Positions 21,901 through 33,383 of a DNA stretch of 33,383 nucleotides are shown here, one piece after another; the first letter of the stretch is position 1, and every line of letters begins with the position of its first letter. Origin of the DNA: Collodictyon triciliatum (taxonomy: Eukaryota); the NCBI GenBank assembly GCA_043381765.1, contig JBHJMP010000780.1:1-33383 (forward strand), read 5' to 3'. Under the pieces are notes generated by a model that was not told the origin of the DNA, did not search any database, and saw only the letters and a list, made by a program, of their open reading frames with translations. The position numbers and the translations under genes were made by a program.

Positions 21901-24900
21901 CATTCTTTGGGGGTTTGTCGATATCACGAGAAGACACACTTATGAATGACCTCTGGATTTATGACATCAGTAAGTGGTTATTTATTTTAATAGAATCATG
22001 CCATTTAACCACTTTAGACTCACTACTTTACCAGGGAATTCCGAATGGGAGCTCATGTATGACAGAAGACTGCCCGGAGATGACGATACTGACGTTTTTC
22101 CTCCTCCTGTGGATAGCCCTGTATTTATTGATAAAACACACATCTTTTACACAGTTTTACCATCTTCTCACTGGCAACTTTCTCAAGATACTCTGTGGGA
22201 ACGATAACTACGTCTATCTGATTGGAGGAAATCCACCTTCCAACTGGACGAACGAGATATTCTTCCGATTTTCGATCGGTTTGGATGACTTGCGCTTGTT
22301 TTCACCCAAAATACCACTTTTTTAATTTATTTTGATTGAGTGGTAAAACACATAAACCTGATACGATTCATTTTAAAGCATCCAAGACATGGACCAGTAT
22401 GACACCAGACCCTGAGGTTCTCTACCTAGGAAAAGCATACGGTCAGGCATATGTGTGTAGTGATGCCAAAGTGACTGTTTGGGGAGGCATTAAGGCACAT
22501 GAGTATGATGCTTCAAACGAGCTTGGGAATGTGACGACCATCAATCTGCAGAACATGAGTCTTGAATACACCATCGCAGCATCCGACATTTCTGTGAGGG
22601 CAAAATCATCCGCCTTTCTACATGGCGGACATTTTTGCATCCAAGGAGGATGGGAAGTATTGAATGAAGACATGCAGGATGTGTTGTGCTTTGAAGGTTT
22701 TATTAAATTAAAAACGAAGCGATACCACATTACCGTTGATTTTTTCTTTTAAAATGCCCTCACAACTAAAATTCTGATAGATTCCTGGAAAAGATTGAAT
22801 AAGTCACAATACTCGGTTCCGTTTCTTTCTCAAACAAGCTTTGCCAATGTGGGCCTTGGTTTCTTGCTTGGAGGAAATGACGAATCTGGTAGCCCGACAA
22901 ATGACGTGTGGATTTATGATTTCGGTAATAATTAAATGTAGACCTATATGATTTTGAAAACTAGATACACATCCATCATATTTTTGCCATTTTTTAATTT
23001 TAATTTATTTTATTTTTTACTCAGAGAACAGCTTCTGGGATGTCACAAATCTCCCATCTTTTCGTCCCGCACCATTTGCGAGCTACTCAAAAGTAATCAT
23101 GAACGACTATATTCTGATGGCGTCCTCGAAGATGAATGAAGATGCTGACAACCGAATATGGGGCTACAAATATGGTAATAATACACATAACCTATGTACA
23201 AAGTCTACATTATTGTTAATCACTTTTGCTCTGTTTAAATGGCCGTCATCCCAAAGCATCATGGCTGCGCACAATTTAGAAAAATAAATAAATCATTTTA
23301 AATGTTAATAATTCGTTAACGTGCGTTATAGGCTATACATTTTGTTCTGGCTCAACCGCACTTGATGTAAGCGATTCAGGGTATTTGGCTGATGGAAGCG
23401 GGGACTTTGGATATTCCCCATTTACATCGTGTACTTGGAATGTAACTGGAACAAATAACTTGATAGTAAGAGTTCCATTGAGCATAATTTTATGAGGACA
23501 TATTTTCATGAATTTTTTTTAGATTGAAGAAGTTGGCATAGACCCGCATTCGACGATTTTTATCAAATTGAATGGAGAGTGCGGTGACCAAAACATCTAC
23601 GTAAATGGGGTCTCGTCTGGGGTTGAGGTAGATAAATCTTACTTTAGTTGTATCCAGCATTCTTGTACCCAGTGACAATTCTGATTTAACCAGCGCATTC
23701 ACGAATTTCTACGAGCAGGTGACTATAACGACGGAATCACAAGGTGCATGGGTTTTGATTCCATCCATGGAGTTTACTATCTCATTCACAACTTCGTCTC
23801 GCTACATATCCAGAACTGGATTCTCCTTCTTTTACATCGGTAATGTTAATTAAAATTTGTAACACAATACACCAAGTCACGCTACATGTATTATGTTGTA
23901 AAATATCCGTCTCTTCTTGGTAGAATGTCCTTCTGGATTTAATGTGTTCGAAAACGAGTGCTTATGCCCAGGGGGCTCATATATCACACCAAGTGGCGAA
24001 TGTGTTGCATGTTCTGATGGAACTCATCAAAATGCGGAAAATCAAGTAATGTTATAAATGATTATGTGAAGCACCAAATATTACCAAGGTTTATGTACCA
24101 TTTATTTATTTATTTACAAAAAAAAAAAAAACAGCGCTCGTGTATCGCAGATGTTCCTGATGAATACGCTCAAGGTTTCTATTTCTATGGATTTGAACGA
24201 TCACTTTCTTAATCATTTGCCATATAGCATAATATTTGTGCATGCAAATTTAATAAAAATATTTTTAGTCATTGTGGGAGCTGGAACAACAAAAGCCATC
24301 CTGAGGAGTCCTCCTTTGTGTTCTTATGTTATATCAGCCGAGTTTGAAAATACAATATACATCGTTTGCAGCGATTCCATCGAGACAGACGACCAGTTTC
24401 GGATGGATGTGACTGTTTTCTCTATAGAGTCTCCAAGTATGAAGAGATACGATAATTCATATTCTGCTGCATATAAGAAACATCTTCATTATGCACAAAC
24501 AAAAATGAAAAATGAAAAATGCTGCAAAAAATTACGTTTTTTTTTTGGTGCTTATTTTCTAACTTTACCAACTACATATTCAGCGGAGCTGAAATGGAAG
24601 CCTATCCCAACAACAGGAGATACTCCACCAAGTCGTAAAGGGGCATGCTTAGTCTCTACCAATAATCAGATTCTTTATCTGGGAGGAAAGGCATCTGTAG
24701 ACGACGATTCATTCACATACTCGTTCAGTCCACAAAACTCTCATTGGGCAAAAAAGAAAAAGGGGCTTATAAAAAATCCTGGGCATTCCTGCGCTCTGGA
24801 AGGTGGTCACGTTTACATGCATGGTGGAGAATCGGTATGAAATAGCTTGTAATAATTCTTGATTGTAATGGATAAAAAAAAAGCATATGTATTTGTGTAA

Positions 24901-27900
24901 ATTTCTGATGTTTACCCTAAAAACTATAGGAAAGTGGGGACATAGTTAACTCCTTCTTTTCTTACAACGTTGGTAAGATAAACTTTTCAATTTTTCTCTA
25001 CTTCGAATGAATAGTTTATCTGCAGCTGTTCCTTAATGGTGTTTTTATTTGATTCATATTCATAGACAAAGATGAATGGAATACAATTGTGTGGAACAAC
25101 TCTCCCTTGCTCTCTTATCATGCATCCTGGTCATACAAAAACAAACTGTATTTGCTTGGGGGCTATGACGGCAATCAAGAAGTGGATACTGTATATATTG
25201 GAGACCCTAGTATGTTCGGCATCTAGTTTTTTGTTTTCGCTTTCCTTTATCCATCATAGTCCACTCGCTTTTCCATATCTGAATCAAACAAATGTAGAAA
25301 TACATATTGTCTTGCGACTCAATTTTTTTTTTTATTAGAATCGAAGATATGGAGCGATTCAGCATTGAATTTGAATGAGTGTTTGGACTGTGTTCGAGGC
25401 GAGCTTTCTAGCTGTGGCATATCGCGACAGATGGCTGCTTTTGTAGGAAACGAGGACTATATCTACATTTTTGGAGGAGGCCGAGGAGACGCTGCGTTAT
25501 CAGACTTTATGGTCATCGAAAAATGTAGCAACTGAATTGCCGTTTTTCTTTTCCTTTTCCTTTTCCTTTTCCTTTTCCTTTTCCTTTTCCTTTTCCTTTT
25601 CCTTTTTTTTTTATACTATTTTTTTTGCATTTTTAAACCCTGTTTATTATTACCACAGCTAACTCATGTTAATCCTAGCAACCTTAACTGTCCTTGAAAA
25701 ATACGATTTTGGTGAAAAGGCTCCGCTGCCAATAAGAGCGCCAAGTCCTCAAATTCAATCCACAATGGCTATGGCGGGAGAATATCTAATCCTATTTGGG
25801 GGAAGTAATCCCAATACTGATGCTCCCAGCAACGAGATATGGGCTTATAACACGAGTAAAATTCTTATCATGTCAAAAAGTTATATATTGGTAAGGGAGT
25901 GAGTTGGAACTAAACTCTTGTGTTTCTCCCGCGCTAAATACCACAGATGTGAAGTCTTGGACCTCATCAACGACATCCAAGAAGCCGATTCCACGCCAAA
26001 GACACTCCTCTGTAGGCATCTATGAGGACGGATTCGCCATATTTGGTGGACTTGTATCTGTCGGTTCCCAGTACTTTGCCAATGACATGTGGATTTTCAA
26101 TACAAGTAATCCTTCCTAAACTTCAATTTTTTTTTATTTGTGCCCGTAAATCATGAAAATGTCCGACTTTAGTTGAAACATATTTGTATATTCAATAGCG
26201 TCCATGAAGTGGGTTTGCCTGAGTGAGCAGCGAGATGAGAGTGAGGCGCCTGAGCCTCGAAGTGACTTTGTTATGGGATATTTCAACAGTTCTGTATATG
26301 TCTTGGGTGGGAAGGGAGAAAGCGGACCAACGGATTCCAAAGTTTGGAAAGCATCTGTGCCCGAGAAAATCCCCACGGATACAATATTCTGTAATGTCCC
26401 ATCTGATAGGAGTCTATACATGACATATAATTTACCATTCCAAAAATATTACATTTTAAATAACTACCAAATAGTTTGGAAAAGAGAAGTCTTAAACGCC
26501 GCCATATACCGACCTTTTCACACAACCTAAATCATAGACCCTATCGAATGGGAAGTAGTCAAGGTGGACTCTCAGTTATCTAGCAAGCAAAATGTCCTGA
26601 AGCGCTACTCTGTGGCCAGTGTCATGCTAGAAAGCAGAATATTTATGTGGGGCGGTCAGGTAATTACATTTTTCTTTATCTCTTTTTTGCCTTTGCATGC
26701 TTAGGGACTAAGAGGTAGATAATATTCATAAACTTTCTTTAAAATTGACTAATTTTTAGATTATCCAAACGACTGGACAAATCGAAGATTATGGTTCTGT
26801 CTTTGTTTTCGATATGACTTCAAACACTATATCAGCGTTGCCATATTCAGGGCCATATCCAGTGAGTTGGTTCATTTACTTATTTTCTATTAATAGCCAA
26901 CTAGTTCTATGCATCTGACCTTCAATAATTTAAAATATACAGATTGCCAGAGTCTATCATTGTGCATTCATGCGTCACGAAGATTTCTGCATATTTGGAG
27001 GGCGTGACTTCAAAGGGCGCGTGTTGGGGGATATTTGGTGCTTCTCCCAAAGTATTATTTATATGTAGTTCAAATATGCCTCTTTTTTTTTTCCCCCTCA
27101 ATTTGTGTAGTTGTCACATGAAAGCGTTACCAATCAACCTCATCATAAGATAAAACGGAGTGGACCAAAGTATCGACCACATCATCCAACTCTTTCAAAA
27201 GATATGGGATGAGTTGCGGGATGGTCGGAAGCCACTTGATTATTTCCTCCGGATTCGACATATTCAATAATAGGCTGGGCGACGTAGCCGCTTTTCAATT
27301 TGGTAGGATGTTGGTCAATTAATTATTTTCGATTAGAATCGAATTCATATGAATAGACCACAAAGATTCGCACCAAATATCACTTTTTTATTTCATTTTT
27401 TGAAAGAAAACCTGTTGTGGATTCCAATGGGGGCTACAAACGACTTTGGTTCATCTTCTGTTGCATTCCATTCCACTGCACTCTTGGCTGATTTGCTTTA
27501 CAAATACGGAGGCACAACTGAATCAGGAGAGACGAACGAAGTATCAGTCACGAAAATCGGTTGGTTTTAGCAAATGAATGCTTGATAATTACATCGCTAA
27601 CATGGCTTGCACAGTCCTTTTTGTAACTAGTTTATACATTTTTAAATAATTCAATAAAGTCAGTAGTAAAATCCTGTTATTCAATCAAAAGGGATGTGTG
27701 ACTCCGAAACACCTGTTATGCTGACCGGAAGTCGGGAAGTATCGCAGTTAAATCCGCCAAGCTACGGAGGTTACATTATACCTGGGAGTCAGTGTCAATG
27801 GGTTATCGAAAATGCAAATAGCATGATAGCAAATGCGACACTAGCGGGCGAAGATGTGTATGCACATATTTAATATTAACTGCACCAAGTATACCCCCAC

Positions 27901-30900
27901 TTGTTTCCCCACTCTTTTTTTATCAAGTTATTTCGTCAATGAAAGTAATGATATTCTCATTTATTTGCTCAGAATTCGACTATACGATGTCGGTGATATG
28001 GAGGAGAAGCTTATCGGAATACTTAATGAAAAGGCTTCAAACATAGTCATAACCACAGGATTCAGTTCAATTCGAGTAGAAATGTTTATATCGGGGTCAA
28101 TATTTGACTCGGCAATTGAAAGAAACTTCGCAGCAATTTACTCAAGTATGTAAAAAAAAAAATTCCACTACACGCTTGTCGACTTCTACATTATTTCTCA
28201 TGATTTTTTTAACCTATCATCACCTCATAATTTAGATTGTCCGAAGGGAGCTGATTTCTCTTTCAGTGGATGTTCATGCCCATCCGGATATTACGAGGAT
28301 ATACAACGAAATCTTTGTCGTAAATGTAGCTCAGGAAGCAAGAATGTAAGTGCAAATTTAGTTAGTTTTTCAAAATCTGATGAACATAATATTATTTTTA
28401 TGCATTAAAAAACATATACTATATTAGACCGCATGCCCATCTTCGGGTGAAGATAATAGCGCTTTACTCGGGGGTGTGATAGGCGGTGTTTGCGGCGGTC
28501 TTTTGATTGTTGGTCTCATCTTTTACAAGCGCCATCGTGACCATATGAAAAATATTGCAGCACGAGAGCAAAAAATGTTCCTGCATGTTGCATACAAGGA
28601 ACTTGAGTTTGGGCAGATTCTAGGCTCAGGTTCATTTGGAGACGTACGTATCATTTCCTTTCAATCTTTAATTTAATTTTTTTTTGGTTATTATGGTATC
28701 AAATGATATCTCCCCAACCCACAATAAATCATGAAAATAATAACTGACATACAGGTGTACAAAGGGCTGTGGCGTGGGACAGATGTAGCAATTAAAAAGC
28801 TCAATTTTGGGAAAATCACAAAGAAGGCCATACAAGAATTCGAATCGGAAGTTTCAATCATGATGTAAGTGATTGGAAAATGAGTTTTTTTTTCTGAAAA
28901 TTATGTGTCTAATTATGATAAAAAATGGTGTTGATAAATGCGTGAATCAAAAATATTGTAATTTGTAGTGAACTTCGGCATCCAAATGTTGTTCTGTACA
29001 TGGCGGCGTGTGTAGAGCCTCCAAACCTCTGCATTGTATCTGAGCTTATGACGAGAGGAAGTCTATATGACGTAAAATTATTTAAAAATCCTGATTAGAT
29101 TGATTATAGACACTCAAATGAGAAAAATCATCAGATTCTGCATGATGAGCTCCTTGAAATCGGAATGGATATGAAAATCTCATTCTTGATTGATGCAGCC
29201 AAAGGTTTTATTATTGCACTAAATATTTCTTACAAATATACAGCAGATAAAGATACCGCATTCCATTTAAAGTACATTTTTTTCTATGGGAAATAGGTCT
29301 TCAATATCTGCATTTATCAAACCCACCTATTCTTCATCGTGATTTAAAGAGTCCCAATTTGCTGGTGCGTTTTTAGTTATCTATCTGATTTGTATCACAT
29401 TTAGCATGTAACCATAGTTGAAGCTCAAACCAAATTCATCTGTATCAAATTTTTATTATTCGCACAGCTGGATGAAAAATGGAACTTGAAAATAAGGTTC
29501 GATTAATGTGAATGTCACCCAATAGACCATGAGTTTGCATTTCTTGTTTGAGATAATATAATATGCTTATTTTCACTCATAACGGATAGCGACTTTGGCC
29601 TCACTGGTGTCCAAGAACAAGCAAAAAAGGAGTCTGAACCCCCTGGGACGTTGTTCTGGATGGCTCCGGAAGTAGTCAAAGGGATGACATACACGGAAAA
29701 GGCGGATGTATACAGTTACGCAATCATCTGTTGGGAGGTTTTTACCCGCTCAGACCCTTACGAGGTAAGAAAGAGTTTTTTTTATATAAGTTAGTGGATT
29801 GTTTTCTTTTTAATATAAATACGAATACATGACATCTTTAATTTTAATCAAGATAGTAATTTAAACGAAGAGAAAAGAAATAAGGAAAACTTTTATTGAA
29901 TGCTGTTTTTTTTTTTTTTTTGATAATATTAAAATTTCTTTAAAGTAGAATTTGTGGAAGTTTTATCATAGAAAAATGGATGTTATTGCAGGGAGAAATA
30001 GCCGAATCAGTTGCACTGCGAGTCACATGCGATGGATTTCGCCCAACCTTACCCGATTTCGCAATAATGCCTCAAGAGATTCAAGAATTGGTTCAGAAAT
30101 GCTGGGCTGCTGAAATTGACGCGAGACCGGCCTTTCCTGAAGTTTTGAGTTCGTTGAACATATTTTCGACCAATTTTGGCAATGTAACAGCTCAGCTTAA
30201 CAAAGGATTTGAGAAAGAAAAGGCTCCTATCGGCAACATAGCTATTGTCTTTACAGATGTGCAAAGCTCCACTTCTTTATGGGAGAAATCACCGGGTGCG
30301 ATGTCAAGCGCTCTTTCCATCCACAATGATATCTTGCGGGGAGTAATTAAGAGGAATAAGGTGATTGATGAGTTTTGATTTTTATTCTTCATTTTCTGGA
30401 TGAGTTATTGATTATTTTCAATAGATGAACTTCCTTTACCTATAACGGGTTTGAAAAGCATGTTCATTCCCTTTTTTCACAATATGCATATCATGATAGT
30501 TGAATAATTAAGTTTTTTTTTAATAAAATAAACACAAATATCAACACCAACAAACTCTTCAACAGGGTTATGAAGTGAAAACTGAAGGAGATGCTTTCAT
30601 GGTTACTTTTACCAGTGTTAAGAATGCACTCAGCTTTTGCCTCCAGTCGCAAGAGATGCTTCTGGCTGGAGATTGGGATTCTGAAATACTTAGCCATCCA
30701 TCTGGTCGAATGGAATTATACCAAGGAAAAATTATTTTTCGTGGTATTCGCGTCAGAATGGTCAGCATTTCAAATTTCTTTTGTAAATCGCTTTCCTTTT
30801 ACTTAGTTCTAAATATATATACATATATATCCTAATTTTATATATGGACTGTAGGGAATACACTTTGGCGAGCCGATATGCAAAGAAGACCCCGTCACTG

Positions 30901-32733
30901 GACGCATGGATTACTTTGGACCCGTCATTAATCGTGCGGCTCGCGTCGGAGGGTTTCCTAAGGGTGGACAAATCGCATTGAGTGAGCCAGCATATAAGGT
31001 TTCTTTTTAATGAAAAGTAATTTCAAGTGGTAGATTTTTTTGATATGCCTTTTCCTTCTCAACGAAAACCTTGCCTGTGTTTTACTAAAGCATGATTCTA
31101 TGGTGTTTCACAGGAAGTGGAGAAAGAGTTTGATTCTCTTGGAAATCCTCATGTTCGAGAACTTGGGGAACATCAACTGAAAGGCTTGGACACAACCGAT
31201 AAACTCTACGAGGTATAAACTATTAATGAAAGTTCAACCAAAACGACGTTCTAGTGGTAAATTCTAACTGATTCGGTCGCCTAGATTCTCCCAAAGTCGC
31301 TTGAAGACCGTGCACTGATTTTTTCTGGAGATACTGCAGGAACTTACGACTCTCCATCTTCAATAGTTGGCCAAGCAACAAGCGGAGGAGCAAGCACGGT
31401 ATGATTATTTGCATATATATAATATGCTACGTATTCCATGATTAATTTTGTGAGCTCAATCTTTCTGTTATTTTCGTTTAGACGGTTTCATCCTCTTGGC
31501 AATTGGAATACTCTGAAATCGATGAGACAGAAAAGCGACTCGGAGCAGGGTCATATGGAACTGTATTTTTAGGGAGTTTCAGAGGACAAGAGGTTGCTGT
31601 GAAAAAGTTTTTGAAACAAAAGATTGCCGAAAAGCAGTACTTTGGCCTCTTATCAGAGATTATGATTATAAAGTAAGTTTATTTTTGTGAGCTATTATTC
31701 GACCTACATAATCAAATTACCATTGTAATGCGAATATATTTAATGCCTAAACACGGGTCTTTCAACAGGGATTTACACCATCCTCACATTTTGAAATTCT
31801 ATGGCGCTTGTGTTAAGCAGCCCAACATTTGCATCGTCGTGGAATATGCAAAATATGGAAGCATGAAAGATGTCCTGGGTGACCCTTCGGTTTGTGATGC
31901 GATGACTTGATTATTTTTATTTTGGTGGAATCGTTTGATGAGAATAAATATTTTACACTGACATACATCGTAACATACAGATAAGCATAACTGTTCAACA
32001 ACAAAAAGCCATCATATATCAAATTTCTGATGCGATGGCTTACCTGCATTCTTTGAAACCTCCGGTTTTCCACCGAGATTTGAAAAGCCCTAACATTCTT
32101 GTATGCGACTAAATTAATTACTATCATAATTATGAAAAAAGGAATTCAATAGTTTATGATGTTTTATGGATTCATTTCTTATTATCTATTTTACAAATTA
32201 TTAAACTCCATGGTCAATCAGGTCACCGAAATTCAGCCGATGAGCGTGAAAGTCAGTGATTTCGGGTTTGCGAGAGCGAAAGCAGACAACCAAACCATGA
32301 CGAAATGTGGGACACGAGCTTGGTTGGCTCCCGAGGTATGCGTTGGTTCAATTCAATCCGTAATTCCACCATTATGTAGCCATGTTGGCTATCCCTTCAA
32401 AAGTACATCGCAGCGAATGTTGCATTTGCGAATGTGCTTTTATTGTGGCTCATACTCCCATCTCTTATATCTTAGATTTTGAAAGGCCAAAAGTACGATG
32501 AAAAAGCAGACGTCTTCAGCTTTGGGATTCTGGTTTGGGAGGTAGCTTCGCGACAACGCCCTTACGCCGATGTCGACCCCGTGAAAATCGGCTTCGAAGT
32601 GGTTAACGGCATGCGCCCAACACCTCCAAAGAATGCTGACCCGAAGATTGTGGATGTGATGAAACGCTGTTGGGATGCCGACACTGCAAAGCGCCCAAGT
32701 TTCCATGCCGTCTCAGAAGAGTTTGTGTCTTAA
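18902..32733 (+). CDS. Single-pass receptor: signal peptide - 2x(Kelch x~12, CUB, Cys-rich) - TM - TKL kinase - class III nucleotidyl cyclase - TKL kinase; ~52 exons
   Basis: Exon 1 [22 protein letters not shown] (18902-18968, in-frame TGA just upstream); repeated Kelch GG...W motifs; [28 protein letters not shown]; kinase 1 [27 protein letters not shown]; cyclase [37 protein letters not shown]; kinase 2 [30 protein letters not shown] 32731-32733. Continuity across the N gap is assumed from matching intron phase and a continuing Kelch blade. Confidence 0.9.
20655..21500. repeat. Long intronic A/G-rich compound repeat spanning the assembly gap
   Basis: (AAGAGAAAAG)n, (GAAAAAAGAAAA)n, (GAAAATGAAAATAAAAA)n. 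Confidence 0.93.
20800..20899. other. Assembly gap (100 N, true size unknown)
   Basis: Run of exactly 100 N inside a purine repeat. Confidence 0.99.
23331..24174 (+). other. CUB-like domain 1 plus Cys-rich (GCC2/GCC3, ephrin-receptor-like) repeat
   Basis: FCSGSTAL...[22 protein letters not shown]...[21 protein letters not shown] then CPSGF...CLCPGGSY...[18 protein letters not shown]. Confidence 0.75.
24269..27560 (+). other. Kelch repeat block 2 (~12 blades)
   Basis: Blade cores IYIVCS, ILYLGG, VYMHGG, LYLLGG, LYIFGG, LILFGG, FAIFGG, VYVLGG, IFMWGG, FCIFGG, LIISSG, LYKYGG. Confidence 0.85.
25546..25612. repeat. Intronic (TTTTCC)n microsatellite
   Basis: Directly visible. Confidence 0.9.
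27692..28440 (+). other. CUB-like domain 2 plus Cys-rich repeat
   Basis: [10 protein letters not shown]...[14 protein letters not shown]...IRLYD...IRVEMF...NFAAIYS then CPKGA...CSCPSGYY...CRKCSSG...C. Confidence 0.65.
28461..28526 (+). other. Transmembrane helix with stacked GxxxG motifs
   Basis: [22 protein letters not shown] followed by basic KRHR. Confidence 0.9.
28600..30160 (+). other. Protein kinase domain 1 (TKL/Raf-like Ser/Thr)
   Basis: All catalytic motifs intact; includes a 29-nt microexon 29468-29496 (LDEKWNLKI). Confidence 0.95.
30220..31320 (+). other. Class III nucleotidyl cyclase domain, adenylyl-type residues
   Basis: [21 protein letters not shown]...[13 protein letters not shown]...[15 protein letters not shown]...[20 protein letters not shown]...GGQI...LGEHQLKGL. 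Confidence 0.95.
31500..32733 (+). other. Protein kinase domain 2 (TKL)
   Basis: [69 protein letters not shown]...RPSF. Confidence 0.95.
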
Positions 32734-32838
32734 AGCCCTAACTCAAAATGAATGCAAAGAGTAGCTCTGAAAAAAATCCAAAAAAAAAAAAAAGAAAAGA
32801 GAAACTCTATACTTGAGCTATGAAGCCAGTCGAGCTTC

Positions 32839-32844
32839 AATAAA
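32839..32844 (+). promoter_or_regulatory. Candidate polyadenylation signal AATAAA of the receptor gene
   Basis: AATAAA ~105 nt after the stop codon. Confidence 0.4.
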
Positions 32845-33227
32845 GCTGAAATATGATATTGCAGCATGTCGCAAGCAGTTTGTGTAGCGTATTCAATTAA
32901 AAGGCAGATATGTGCATCTCACATATTTGGTATTGGACGAAATGAAATAGAAAAACACTCACATAATTGATGCACATCATAGCCATTATTTCTGGAGATT
33001 TGTGTGGTTAATATGTCGAGCAACCCTCAAAATACGCACTATTCGCAAGAAATATTTATATTCCAGAAATGATTCAATTTCAAAAGTTTGAATATCCACT
33101 CTTGAAAAACAAACAAAATCAAAGAAAAAACAAACAAAATAATGATAATAATAACAACAACAATAGTATTAATAATAAGAAATAACAAAACAACGATCTC
33201 AACGCTCAACACTAACACTCACGCAAC

Positions 33228-33381
33228 GAAAGAAAAGAAAAGATGAAGAAAAGAAAAGATGAAGAAAAGAAAAGAAAAGAAAAGATGAAGAAAAGAAAAG
33301 AAAAGAAAAGAAAAGAAAAGAAAAGAAAAGAAAAGAAAAGAAAAGAAAAGAAAAGAAAAGAAAAGAAAAGAAAAGAAAAAA
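33228..33381. repeat. (GAAAA)n microsatellite at window end
   Basis: Directly visible. Confidence 0.95.
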
Positions 33382-33383
33382 TA

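Larger units (their letters stand above)
19091..23174 (+). other. Kelch repeat block 1 (~12 blades)
   Basis: Blade cores VYLFPE, VYLFGG, LHMYSG, LYVYGG, LYFVAG, LFLNGG, LAFFGG, VYLIGG, VTVWGG, FCIQGG, FLLGG, ILMASS. Confidence 0.85.

Noticed and set aside
28600-32733. Endogenous giant-virus insertion, given similarity to mimivirus receptor kinases
   Set aside because: Gene has dense spliceosomal introns like its neighbours and no viral hallmark genes are nearby; a host gene is the simpler reading.

Overview
Intron-rich eukaryotic (protist-type, possibly amoebozoan; taxon is inference) genomic window with many intronic microsatellites and one 100-N gap. Manual GT/GC-AG splicing gives five genes: (1) the last exon of a ubiquilin/Dsk2-type UBA protein (+, 1111-1256), after a 1.1 kb G-free 11-bp minisatellite; (2) a 30-exon, ~1410 aa formin (+, 1794-11514) whose N-terminus has two tandem Ig+PH-like modules resembling plant SCAB1/AIR9 instead of GBD/FH3; (3) an LRR-only gene (-, ~15394-11718) with mostly one LRR per phase-0 exon; (4) COQ7 (+, 16003-17660) with a GC-AG intron; (5) a ~52-exon single-pass receptor (+, 18902-32733): signal peptide, 2 x [~12 Kelch blades, CUB, Cys-rich], TM, TKL kinase, class III adenylyl-type cyclase, second TKL kinase. 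The formin and receptor architectures are the best candidates for undescribed systems. No database searches were run; family calls rest on recognised motifs.
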